Assembly (NCBI GenBank): GCA_951406725.2
Contig: OX597821.1
Coordinates: 117,366,001 to 117,430,000 of the forward strand
Origin: Octopus vulgaris
Lineage: Eukaryota
DNA: 64,000 bases
Direction of reading: 5' to 3'
This document shows positions 14,336-26,521 of the stretch, piece by piece. The first letter of the stretch is position 1, and each line of letters starts with the position of its first letter. Position numbers and translations under genes: made by a program. The notes below the pieces were generated by a model, which was given only the letters and a program-made list of their open reading frames with translations, was not told the DNA's origin and did not search any database.

Positions 14336-14789
14336 GTGTGTGTGTATATATATATACATACTTCTATCTGTCTATCTAACCCCCACAACATCTTGATAAC
14401 TGATGCTGGTGTGTTTACATCCCTGTGACTTAGTGGTTTGGCAAAAAAGACTGATAGAATAAGTACCAGGCTTAAAAAAACAATTACAGGCGTTCATTCT
14501 GCAGACTAAAAATTTTCAAGGTGGTGCCCCAGCATGGCTACAGTCCAATGACTGAAACAAAATAATGATGAAGATCTCTCAATCTCTATGTGTGAGTGTG
14601 CATGTGTATATATATATATATATATATTTGTCTATCAAACTATCTATATATAAGTATACATACATACATATATACACATAAATACATATATACACATAAA
14701 TATATATATAAACACATACATACATATATATATACACATATATATATATACATACATATATATATAAATACACATACATATATATATAT

Positions 14790-14840
<51 letters not shown>

Positions 14841-14867
14841 CATACGTACATACATATATACACATAG

Positions 14868-14920
<53 letters not shown>

Positions 14921-14999
14921 CATACATATATATATACATATATATACATACACATATATATATACATACACATACATATATATACATACACATACATAC

Positions 15000-15030
<31 letters not shown>

Positions 15031-15564
15031 TATATATAAACAGAAAATGGAGAAATATTGATCAGCAGCAATTGACTAACATCTACAGTCTATTTGTATT
15101 AAAAAGTAATAATTGATGTTAGTGAATTGCTGTTGATCAATATTTCTCCATTTTCTTTTTACCTTAAATTTGATTCATGATAAACTCATGTTTATCTTTG
15201 TCATTACCTGTAACCTATGAGCATATTAAGCTTGCATATCTATGTCCAGGGTCAACATAGGTAATTATACTGGTAGTAAAACGGATATTTTATCCTGAAA
15301 ATGTAGATATAGCATTCAATAAAAATTTATTATCTGCAAAAATCAAACGTAGTCCCTGACATGTTTGATTTTTGCAGATAATAAATTTTTATTGAATTCT
15401 GTATCTCCATTTTCTTAGTTTCTTTTGAATGATTATGAACTATGATTTATACATAAACCTATTGTTTTATGAATATTATTATTTACAACAAATATTAGGT
15501 ATTGAACCAGTAATTCATTGGATGATACTATCCCTTAATAAGGCTAATTTAACCTCTAATTGAA

Positions 15565-15616
<52 letters not shown>

Positions 15617-15784
15617 TCTATCTATCTATATTCATGTCTATCAATCTATTTATATACAGGTATACATATATATATACATATATATTGGTGTGTCAATCTA
15701 TTTATATATAAGTATACATATATACATATATATATTATATTAATGTGTCAATCTATTTATATATAAGTATACATACATACACAC

Positions 15785-15849
<65 letters not shown>

Positions 15850-16071
15850 TATATTTTAAGCCATGAAGTTAAACTCTTTATGGATGGGAAACCCATAGTA
15901 ACCCCATAAACTAGCCTTCCCCAGTAAAAAATAAATACTGCTCTACATCTTAGAGTGTGCTTCATATCTGGATTTATGTTTTTCTACAAACATTATATAT
16001 AAAATCTATATCTATCCATCTACATATATAAATACATATAATCTATATCTATCTATCTGTCTATAATCTAA

Positions 16072-16100
<29 letters not shown>

Positions 16101-16102
<2 letters not shown>

Positions 16103-16933
16103 CATCATCATCGTTTAATGTCTGCTTTCCATGCTGGCATGAGTTGGACAGTTTGACTGTGGAATGGCAAGCCAGGAAACTGCACCATCCTCCAATCTGA
16201 TCTGGCAGGGTTTCTACAGCTTGATGCCCATCCTAACGCCAACCACTCCGAGAGTGTAGTAGGTGTTTTTTACATGCCACCAGCAAGGGGGTCAGTGAGG
16301 CAGTACTGGCATCAATCAGGCTTGAATGGTGCTTTTTACATGCCACCAGCAAGGGAGCCAGTCAGGCGGGATTGGCAATGACCATGCTCAAATGGTACTT
16401 TTTATGTGCCACCGGCACGGGATCAGTCGGGTGGCACAGGCATCGGCCACAACAATGATTTCACTTGACTCAACAGGTCTTCTCAAGCACAGCACGTTGC
16501 CCAATGATTGAAGGGTACTCATAAAGGGGCTGGTTATGTGACACTGGCACTGGCCATGGTTACAGTCTCACTTGGCTTGCCAGGTCTTCTCAAGCACAGC
16601 GCATCTCCAAAGGTCTCAGCTGTTTGTCATTGTCTCTGTGAGGCCCAATGTTTGAAGGTCTTGCTTCACCACCTCATCCCAGGTCTTCCTCTTCCACAGG
16701 TTCACTCTACTGTTAAGGTGTGGCACTTCCTCTCACAGCTGTCCTCCTCCATACGCAACACATGACCAAACCAGTGCAGTCGTCTCTCTTGCACACCACA
16801 CTTGATGCTTCTTATTCCAAACTTTTCTCTCTCGGAATGCTTACACCCTGTTGTGTATGCACACTGATATTACACATCCAGCAGAGCATGCGAGCTTCAT
16901 TTCTTGCAAGCTTATGCATGTCCTCAGCAGTCA
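16101..16933 (-). mobile_element. Second copy (within the tandem duplication) of the truncated RTE LINE
   Basis: Near-identical to 13238-14068. Confidence 0.9.
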
Positions 16934-17652
16934 ATATATATGTGTGTGTGTGTGTGTATGTATACATATTTATATCTGTCTATCTATAGATGAAAAATAT
17001 ATACTGCTCTACATCTTAGAGTGTGCTTCTCCGGATTTATGTATATATATATGTGTGTGTGTGTGTGTATCACACCATCAGGAGTGATACCGGAATGGAC
17101 ATGGCCAGTCTGAAGGAAGCGGCCCAGGATAGAACTGATTGGAGGACACTGATCCAACGAGTGACCGAGAGTCGACTTCGACTGAGCGGATAGAGAGAGA
17201 GTGTGTGTGTATATATATATACATACTTCTATCTGTCTATCTAACCCCCACAACATCTTGATAACTGATGCTGGTGTGTTTACATCCCTGTGACTTAGTG
17301 GTTTGGCAAAAAAGACTGATAGAATAAGTACCAGGCTTAAAAAAACAATTACAGGCGTTCATTCTGCAGACTAAAAATTTTCAAGGTGGTGCCCCAGCAT
17401 GGCTACAGTCCAATGACTGAAACAAAATAATGATGAAGATCTCTCAATCTCTATGTGTGAGTGTGCGTGTGTATATATATATATATATATATATTTGTCT
17501 ATCAAACTATCTATATATAAGTATACATACATACATATATACACATAAATACATATATACACATAAATATATATATAAACACATACATACATATATATAT
17601 ACACATATATATATATACATACATATATAAATACACATACATATATATATAT

Positions 17653-17693
<41 letters not shown>

Positions 17694-17720
17694 CATACGT
17701 ACATACATATATACACATAG

Positions 17721-17777
<57 letters not shown>

Positions 17778-17878
17778 CATACATATATATACACACATAC
17801 ATATATATATATACATATATATACATACACATACATATATATACATACACATACATATATATACATACACATACATAC

Positions 17879-17909
<31 letters not shown>

Positions 17910-18443
17910 TATATATAAACAGAAAATGGAGAAATATTGATCAGCAGCAATTGACTAACATCTACAGTCTATTTGTATTAAAAAGTAATAATTGATGTTA
18001 GTGAATTGCTGTTGATCAATATTTCTCCATTTTCTTTTTACCTTAAATTTGATTCATGATAAACTCATGTTTATCTTTGTCATTACCTGTAACCTATGAG
18101 CATATTAAGCTTGCATATCTATGTCCAGGGTCAACATAGGTAATTATACTGGTAGTAAAACGGATATTTTATCCTGAAAATGTAGATATAGCATTCAATA
18201 AAAATTTATTATCTGCAAAAATCAAACGTAGTCCCTGACATGTTTGATTTTTGCAGATAATAAAGTTTTATTGAATTCTGTATCTCCATTTTCTTAGTTT
18301 CTTTTGAATGATTATGAACTATGATTTATACATAAACCTATTGTTTTATGAATATTATTATTTACAACAAATATTAGGTATTGAACCAGTAATTCATTGG
18401 ATGATACTATCCCTTAATAAGGCTAATTTAACCTCTAATTGAA

Positions 18444-18499
<56 letters not shown>

Positions 18500-18613
18500 T
18501 CTATCTATCTATATACATATATATTGGTGTGTCAATCTATTTATATATAAGTATACATACATACATATATATATTATATTAATGTGTCAATCTATTTATA
18601 TATAAGTATACAT

Positions 18614-18658
<45 letters not shown>

Positions 18659-18851
18659 TGTGTCAATCTATTTATAAGTATACACACATATATATCTATA
18701 TATATATTAGTGTGTCAATATATTTATACATAAGTATACATATATACATACATACATACATATATACATACATACATACATACATATATACATACATACA
18801 TACATACATATATACATACATACATACATACATACTTATATACATACATAT

Positions 18852-18898
<47 letters not shown>

Positions 18899-19004
18899 GG
18901 TCTATCAATCTATTTATATATATAGGTATACATACATATGTATATCAAGCTAGCATGAAAGGCGGACGTTAAATGATTGATGATGATGATATATACATAT
19001 AAGA

Positions 19005-19190
19005 AAAGAGATGACAAAGGAACAAATGGTTATCTTATTAACTCCATTACCTTACAGCCGTTTCCACTATAAGATGTGAGGGGAGGGGGACTCATAATTG
19101 AGTGCCTTCTGTACTCAACTAACACCTTGTCCAGAGGCATACGTATATTGAGTTCTACACAAAGTTATTAGTATGACAATGACTAAGAAA
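19005..19190 (-). mobile_element. Penelope-like element fragment with degenerate hammerhead core
   Basis: Minus strand: CCT-CTGGACA...long stem II...GAAACGGCTGTA-AGG (stem I CCT/AGG). Shares GACAAAGGAACA...CATTAxCTTACAGCCGTTTC with the 62451-62645 palindrome. Confidence 0.45.
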
Positions 19191-19228
19191 AATATTAAAA
19201 CATCACATATATATATATATATACATGC

Positions 19229-19266
<38 letters not shown>

Positions 19267-20000
19267 CCATACCAATAGAGAAATGACAAAAAAGCAGAAG
19301 AGTATCTCGAACGATATTTTATGAACTTTAAAAATTCTCAGAAGACAGAGTATGACATGGTGGGGTGTGTGGAATAAATACACACTCTGGAAAAATGATT
19401 GAAAATTTTGTAATTGAAAATATATTTTATTGAGGTTACAAAGCAAAAATACAACTAAATATTAAATCAAAACTATAAGATATGCTGTAATGGACGATAT
19501 TTAAAGCTGGAGCAATGAAAAACAAGATGTGTATATGAAGAAATGTTCAAGTAATGGAAAGAAAAATCAATACTATTATTTTTTTTCTTTCTTGGTGGCC
19601 TGTGAAATATCTTTCTTCCGACTTGCCATTTTTCTTTATTAAAGGAGGAAAAAAGAAATTGTAAAATAACAAAAAAAAAAGTAGAAAAGGAGAGTTCATT
19701 GCTAGAAGGTTCTTTCGGTAAATCTGGATTAGAAATATATGTTTTTTTTTACTTCTTTCAAACTTCAATAGATTAATAACTGGAGAGACAAATATGCTGG
19801 ATGTGACTTTGAAATAGATGCAGTTCTAAATAAAATCATTTGCATACAGTTTAGTATTGGGTGTTGAGAGAAGGACTTCATTACAGCAAAGTGAGGTGAA
19901 TTGATGCAAGCAGAGAAACATTATGGTGTTAGTAGGGTTGATCTCGAGACAAGGAATTCTCATGGCAGAGCTTCTTGAAGATTGAATAAAAGCACATAAA

Positions 20001-20265
20001 AAAAAGTACAGGTGCTGGGTCCACGTAAAAAGTACAGGTGCTGGGTCCACGTAAAAAGCACAGGTGCTGGGTCCACGTAAAAAGCACAGGTGCTGGGTCC
20101 ACGTAAAAAGCACAGGTGCTGGGTCCACGTAAAAAGTACAGGTGCTGGGTCCACGTAAAAAGTACAGGTGCTGGGTCCACGTAAAAAGTACAGGTGCTGG
20201 GTCCACGTAAAAAGCACAGGTGCTGGGTCCACGTAAAAAGCACAAGTGCTGGGTCCACGTAAAAA
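20001..20265 (+). repeat. 26-bp minisatellite, 10 copies
   Basis: Unit AAAAAG(T/C)ACAGGTGCTGGGTCCACGT; CCACGT recurs every 26 bp from 20021 to 20255. It is continuous with an RTE 3' UTR copy (about 20265-20445). Confidence 0.95.
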
Positions 20266-21077
20266 TCACTGGTACTGGTGCTGTGTAAAAAGCACCCAGT
20301 ACACTCTGTAAAGTGACTGGCGTCAGGAAAGGCATCCAGCCATAGAGACCAAGCCAAAACAGACAATGGAATGTGGCCTTGTCAACTCCTGGCAAACCAC
20401 TCAACCCATGGAAAACAGACATTAAATGATGATGATGATGAAGATGAAAGCGATACAAGACAATATGGAGTGAAGCTAAAAGACTGAGGTTACAAGAAAA
20501 AAGAAATGATGGTAGGCTAAAAGAGTGAGGTCAACATTGGGAGCAAGAAAGCCAATCAAACAACCTTTTACAATTATGTAATTGAAGATATGGGCATAAC
20601 TATGTTGTTAAAAGCTTGCTTTGCTACCACATGGTATCAGGTTCAGTCCCACTGTGTGGCACCTTGTGCAAGTGTCCTCTATAATAACCTCAGGCTGATC
20701 AAATCCTTGTGTGAATTTGGTAGATGGAAACTGTGGAAGCCTGTCATCTATATATATATATGTGTGTGTGTTTTATTTTCTTCTTTGCCTTGACACATTG
20801 CATGATACTTGTAAACGAGTGTCACTCTCATACAAGCAGTGTCCTTCAGTTCCGTCTAAGCCAATGTGACAATGGAAAAGTGGATGCTAAAATCATAACA
20901 TAGTTCTTTTAGTTTTTGTCTATCAAATCCACTCACAAGGCTTTGGATGGCCAGGCAACATAGTAGAGAACATTAGCTCATGGTGCCACACAGTAGGACT
21001 GAACCAGGAACAATGTAGTTGGGAAGCAAACTTTTTCACTCTTTCATATATGTATCTTTGTGTATCTATGTATATAT

Positions 21078-21483
21078 CAGGGACATGCTACCTAGTTAGG
21101 CAAGGTAGGCAATGCCTACCTTGAATAGAATAGATTGATAGCAGCATTTTCCTTTTATGGCAAAATATGCACTTAATTCAATAAAATTATGAAGGTTACT
21201 CTGATTACTATGCATAAAATACAAAATATTTTATATTGTTTTTGTAGATTAGGTAGGCATAATTTGCTTCTGCTTTTCAATCTCAGTATTTAAGCTTCAC
21301 ATATTACTGCTGTAGTACACATGCTGCATACACTCCTACAACACCGTTTTCTTTATGTGCTATAAAGGCAGAAGTAAACCTGCCTTCAACTCAGTTGCAC
21401 ACCTGTGTTTTGCTTACTTTTTGTTTTACTACATAAAGGTTACCAATTGCCTACCCTGAGTAATTACTGACAGCACGTACCTG
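21078..21483. mobile_element. hAT-type MITE
   Basis: TIRs CAGGGACATGCT / AGCACGTACCTG, perfect 8-bp TSD GTATATAT on both sides, internal GGTAGGCA/TGCCTACC subterminal repeats. Confidence 0.8.
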
Positions 21484-22453
21484 GTATATATGTATTATGA
21501 TCATGAGCTAAATACCCAAACCACTAAGCTGTGTGCCTTCACTGTGCAACATTTATAGATTAGTTGATCTGCTAGAAATAACAGCTACATGTTTCTTACA
21601 TTATAACCTACTGTCTTGGCTGAGGAAAGAAGAAGCTGTCATGGCTTGATCTCTTCACATAATAGGTAGGTTCAATCAAAACTGAATTAGAGACTAAACG
21701 ATGTACTGGGAATTAGAATGGTAACCTCTTGATGCAATATGTCTGCTTAAGCAGAACACAGCATCATTATTATCATCATCATCATTTACACTCATCTTCC
21801 ATATTAGCATGGGTTGGAAGGTTGGACAAGATCTGATAGGTCCATGAGCTGCATTGTGCTCCAGCATTGCCCTGGCATGGTTTCTACGGCCGGATGTCCT
21901 TCCTAATGTCATCTACTTTACAACATTCATTAGGTGCTTTCTGCATGCTACCAGCGCCAGTGATACTGCCATGCAGCTCCAGAGACTATGAAATCCCATG
22001 GGAGAGGAGCTTCATTCTCAACAAGTGGTGATGGTGTAATTGTTTCTAATTCTATACAAAAGGTGCATCAGTTATTTTGCCATCAGTCTCAGAACTGCTT
22101 ACTAATAAGGATATTTTGTCTCATATTGTGCATTAAAGAATTGTTTTATCATCAGCACCATTTTATGTCCATTTTCCGTGGACTACACCAAGCTCCACTG
22201 CCTGCTTTAGCATGGTTTCTACATCTGGATGCCCTTCTTAATGCCAATCCCATTACAGAGTGTATTGGGTACTTTTAGTGTGGCACCAGCACAGATGCAT
22301 TTTACATGGCAGTGACGCCGGCAGGGTTGCTAAGTAACTTGCAAGGTGAAGACCTCTCAGCTGAGAGGGGGAGTGGAAGCACAGGAAGTAGCAAAGCACA
22401 ATGTCACAGAGAAGTGGGTCTAGGTTTGCAGATAAATAATTTATATGCAGTTT

Positions 22454-22843
22454 TTGTCTGTCTTTACGTTCTGAGTTCAAATTCCACCGAGGTTGACTTT
22501 CTCTTTCATCCTTTCAGAGTTGATAAATTAAGTACCAGTTGCATACTGGAGTTGATCTAATCGACTGGCCCACTCCTCCAAAATTTTGGGCCTTGTGCCT
22601 AGAGTAGAAAAGAATATTATGTCAACGATAAGGTGGCAAGCTGGCAGAAACATTAGCACACCAGGCAAAATGCTTAGCGGTATTTCGTCTGTCTTTACGT
22701 TCTGAGTTCAAATTCCGCCGAGGTCGACTTTCCCTTTCATCTTTCGGGGTCGATAAATTAAGTACCAGTTGCATACAAGGGTTGAACTAATTGACTGGCA
22801 CCCAGCCCCCAAAATTTTGGGTCTTGTGCTTAGAGTAGAAAAG
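22454..22843 (+). mobile_element. Tandem dimer of SINE family B within one 16-bp TSD
   Basis: A 5'-truncated copy plus a full copy, flanked by AATTTATATGCAGTTT at 22438-22453 and 22844-22859. Confidence 0.8.
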
Positions 22844-23319
22844 AATTTATATGCAGTTTAGCATGACCTTCAGTGCATGTTCAGGAAGATGTTGATGTGC
22901 TTACAAATAAATACACAACAGAATTTGTGTTTGGATGGTTGAAAAGGAACCTGTAAAGCCTGTTGCATCAAATCCAGGCATTTGTGCAAAAGAAACAAAA
23001 AAAAAAAACAAGGAAAAAGGCTATTTGACTAAACCTTTGATATCAGTGGAACACAAACAGTTATGAGTGGGTCAGAGAAAGAAAAGGGACAGAAAGAGTT
23101 AGGGAGTGGGTGTTCTTTTATTCTTTCACTCGTTTCAGTCATTTGACTGTTGCCATGCTGGAGCACCATTTCTAGTGAAAAAAAAAGGAACCTCAGGACT
23201 TATTCTTGGTAAGCCTAGTACTTATTCTATCAATCTCTATCGCCGAACTGCTAAGTAATGGGGACGTAAACACACCAAGATCGGTTGTCAAGAGATAGCG
23301 GGGTAACAAACACAGACAC

Positions 23320-23660
23320 ACAAATACATATACATATATATACACACATATATATACATACATACACACACATATATATACACACACACACACATATACA
23401 TACACACACACATACATATACATACACACACACACATATACATACACACACATATATATACATACACACACACACATACATATACATACACACACACACA
23501 TATATATACACACACACATACATATACATACACACACACATACATATACATACACACACACACATACATATACATATACATACACACACATACATATACA
23601 TACACACACACACATACATACACACACACACATACATTATATATATATATATATATTATA
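23320..23660. repeat. Compound (CA)n/(CATA)n microsatellite expanded inside a family A SINE
   Basis: CACATATACATA-type low complexity; source of the HT/CV pseudo-ORFs. Confidence 0.9.
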
Positions 23661-23881
23661 ATGAGGACAATTTTGACAGAGCTGTTAAAATTTACTTAGA
23701 TGCAGATGTGGCTGTGTGGTAAGAAGCTTGCTTCCTAACCACCTGGTTCCAGGCTCAGTCCCACTGTGTGGCACCTTGGGCGAGTGCCAGAGCCTCAGGC
23801 TGACTAAAGCCTTGTGAGTGGATTTGGTAGATGGAAACTGAAAGAAGCCTATTGGGTGCATGTGAATATATATATACATAA

Positions 23882-24360
23882 AATTGTTAAAGAGGACAAC
23901 AAACGATAAGGCAAGGCAAACATCTCAAGTCATATACTTTATTATTATTGGAAAAAATTTTCCCATTAATAATGATGTATATGGCTCGAGATATTTGCGT
24001 TGCCTAAACGTTTGTCATCTTCTTTAACAATTATATATCTGCTATATCGGAAATCTGTAATGGCTTCATAACTACTGTCTCGGCTATAACCTTGGAACCC
24101 TAGTAATCCGTTACAGCACTTACATAGTGTACCTAATCGCTCAGATCATCTGTGAACTAAACCCCCATATTTTGTGTGTGTGTGTGTATATATATAACTG
24201 AAGAGATGGTGGTGTGGGTTTCCGCCCCAACATCCGGAACTCGGAGTTTTATCATAGCTACCGAATAATTGTCACATATCATATTTACAGATAAATTCCT
24301 CTATTTACATGATATCAAGGTCACTTTCGTTCATTTGTTGTCTTACCGTTTCTATCAATA
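23882..24360. mobile_element. Penelope-like fragments: ~150-bp palindrome plus degenerate hammerhead
   Basis: Imperfect palindrome at 23882-24032. ATAA-CTGAAGA-GATG..CATC-CGGAACTCGGAGTT-TTAT at 24194-24252. Embedded in (TA)n/(TG)n. Confidence 0.5.
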
Positions 24361-24384
24361 TATATATATGTATCAACCTACTTT

Positions 24385-24952
24385 GGCACCTAAAAAGCAC
24401 CACCCGTATGTGGCCGATGCCAACGCTGCCTTGACTGGCTTCTGTGTTGGTGGCACGTAAAAACCACCAACCAATCGTGGCCGTTGCCAGCCTTCCCTGG
24501 CACCTGTGCCGGTGGCATGTAAAAAGCACCATCCGTACTTGGTTGATGCCAGCACCACCGTGACTGGCTTCCGTGCCGCTGGCACGTAAAAACATCAACC
24601 GTTTGTGGACGTTGCCAGCCTTCCCTGGCACCTGTGCCGGTGGCACATAAAAAGCACCATCTGTACTTGGTCGATGCCAGTGCCTCCTTGACTGGCTTCT
24701 GTGCCGGTGGCATGTAAAAAGCACCAACCGATCGTGGCCGTTGCCAGCCTCCCCTGGAACCTGTGCTGGTGGCATGTAAAAAAGCACCCACTACACTCAC
24801 GGAGTGGTTGGCGTTAGGAAGGGCATCCAGCTATAGAAACTATGCCAGATCAGACTGGAGCCTGGTGCAGCCTCCTGGCTTCCCAGACCCTGGTCAAACC
24901 GTCCAACCCATACTAGTATGGAAAACGGACGTTGAACAATGATGATGATGAT
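24385..24952 (+). mobile_element. RTE LINE 3' UTR with six hairpin modules in (AB)x3 order
   Basis: TAAAAAGCACCA-anchored modules at about 24391, 24458, 24520, 24587, 24648 and 24715, then the standard 3' end and (GAT)n tail. Confidence 0.85.
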
Positions 24953-25814
24953 ATATATATTTATACATGCTAGCATGGAAGGCGGACGTTAAAGGATGAT
25001 GATGATGATATGTGTGTGTGTGTGTGTATTGGTCTCTGTGTCTGTACCCCACCACTGCTTGATTGAGAACTGATATTGGTGCGTCTATGTCCTTGTAACT
25101 TAGCAGTTTGGCAAAATAGACTGATAAAATAAGTACTGGAATTTACATAAAAAATAACAAACATGGTAGTCGATTTGTTTGGCTAAAATACTCTTCAAGG
25201 TGGTGCCCCAGCATGGGCACAGTCTAATGATAAAAAACAAATAAAAGATATTTCAGTCTGAAATGCAATAAAAATAATAATGATAATAAAAAAAAAAACA
25301 GAAAGTGAAGGAAGTAAAACGATTTAGTGCACATATCTGATTACATCCACACACAAAGGAGGCCATGAAATATAGATAAAAGTGCAACGTCTGGGTGGAA
25401 TTATGTTTTTAAAAAAAGAAACAAGTTAAAATAGAGCAGACAGACTGATTCTGGTTGACCTTGCAATGGGGGGCCGGGGGGGACTACTCACAGGAAAAAA
25501 AAAAAACCTGCCAAAAACATGTGCCTTTCACAGATCACTGCTTGTTATTATTTGCATCTTTCTCTTTCACTTGCTTTAGCCAATGGACCATGGCCATGCT
25601 GGAGCACTGCCTAGATGGGTTTTAATCACAGAAATTGACAAGTGCTTATTATTTTTTTTTAAGTGGGGTACTCATGCTATCAGTCTATTTTGTTGAACTG
25701 CTGGATTACAGGAATGTGAACAAACCAGCACTGGTTGTCAAGTGGTGGGTTTGGTGACAAACAGACACCAAGACACACACGTGTGTGTGTGTGTGCATAT
25801 ATATATATATATAT

Positions 25815-26318
25815 CAAAATCAAATTCGATGACTGGCATCTGTGCTAGCAGGGTGCAAAGAGCACCATACGAGTGTGATCATTGATAGAGCGGCTACCCG
25901 GCTTCAGTGCCAGTGGCACTTAAAAGGCACCATTCGAGTGTGATCGTTGCCAGCGTCGCCTTACTGGCACTCGAGCCCCATCCGAGTGTGATTGATGCCA
26001 GAGTGGCTATCTGGCCTCTGTACCGGTGGCATGTAAAAGACACCATTCGAGCATGATCGTTACCAGCATCGCCTTACTGGCACCTGTGCCGGTGGCATGT
26101 GTAAAAGATTTGAGCGAGGTGATTGCCAGTACCGCCTGACTGGCCCCGTGCCATGTAAAAGCACCCACTACACTCTCGGAGTGGTTGGCATTAGAAAGGG
26201 CATCCAGCTGTAGAAACTCTGCCAGATCAAGACTGAAGCCTGGTGCAGCCATCTGGTTTGCCAGCCCTCAGTCATTCATCCAACCCATGCTAGCATGGAA
26301 AGCGGACGTTAAACGATG
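25815..26318 (+). mobile_element. RTE LINE 3' UTR copy with multiple hairpin modules
   Basis: Repeated CACCATTCGAG(T/C)GTGATCGTT...GTGCCGGTGGCA modules followed by the GGAAGGGCATCCAGCTGTAGAAAC end. Confidence 0.85.
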
Positions 26319-26521
26319 AATGAACAATATATATACATACAATGGCCTTTCACAGTTTCTGTCAACCAAACTTTCTCAGAAGGGATTGAGTTGGTTCAGG
26401 GCTATAACAGAAGACACTTGCCCGAGGTGCAATGTATTGAGATTGAACCCCAAACCTGTATAAGCAAGAACATGTCCAGTCATGGGGAAAATATCACCAT
26501 GTTTGGAAATAGTTGAGGATG

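Larger units (their letters stand above)
12971..18720. repeat. Near-identical tandem duplication, unit about 2.87 kb
   Basis: GGGAAACCCATAG at 13021 recurs at 15886 (offset 2865) and CAGAAAATGGAG at 15041 recurs at 17920 (offset 2879). Only scattered substitutions and microsatellite length changes differ. Confidence 0.95.

Noticed and set aside
14579-15071. Overlapping 127-150-aa Y/I/C/V/M-rich ORFs (also near 17371-17950 and 23193-23722)
   Set aside because: Stop-free frames arising from TA/CA compound microsatellites.
20001-20265. Possible CRISPR array
   Set aside because: Units are contiguous with no unique spacers, there are no cas genes, and the context is a eukaryotic LINE UTR.
24385-24790. 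CRISPR-like repeat/spacer appearance
   Set aside because: The variable segments are homologous to each other (A/B alternation), so they are diverged tandem units and not acquired spacers.
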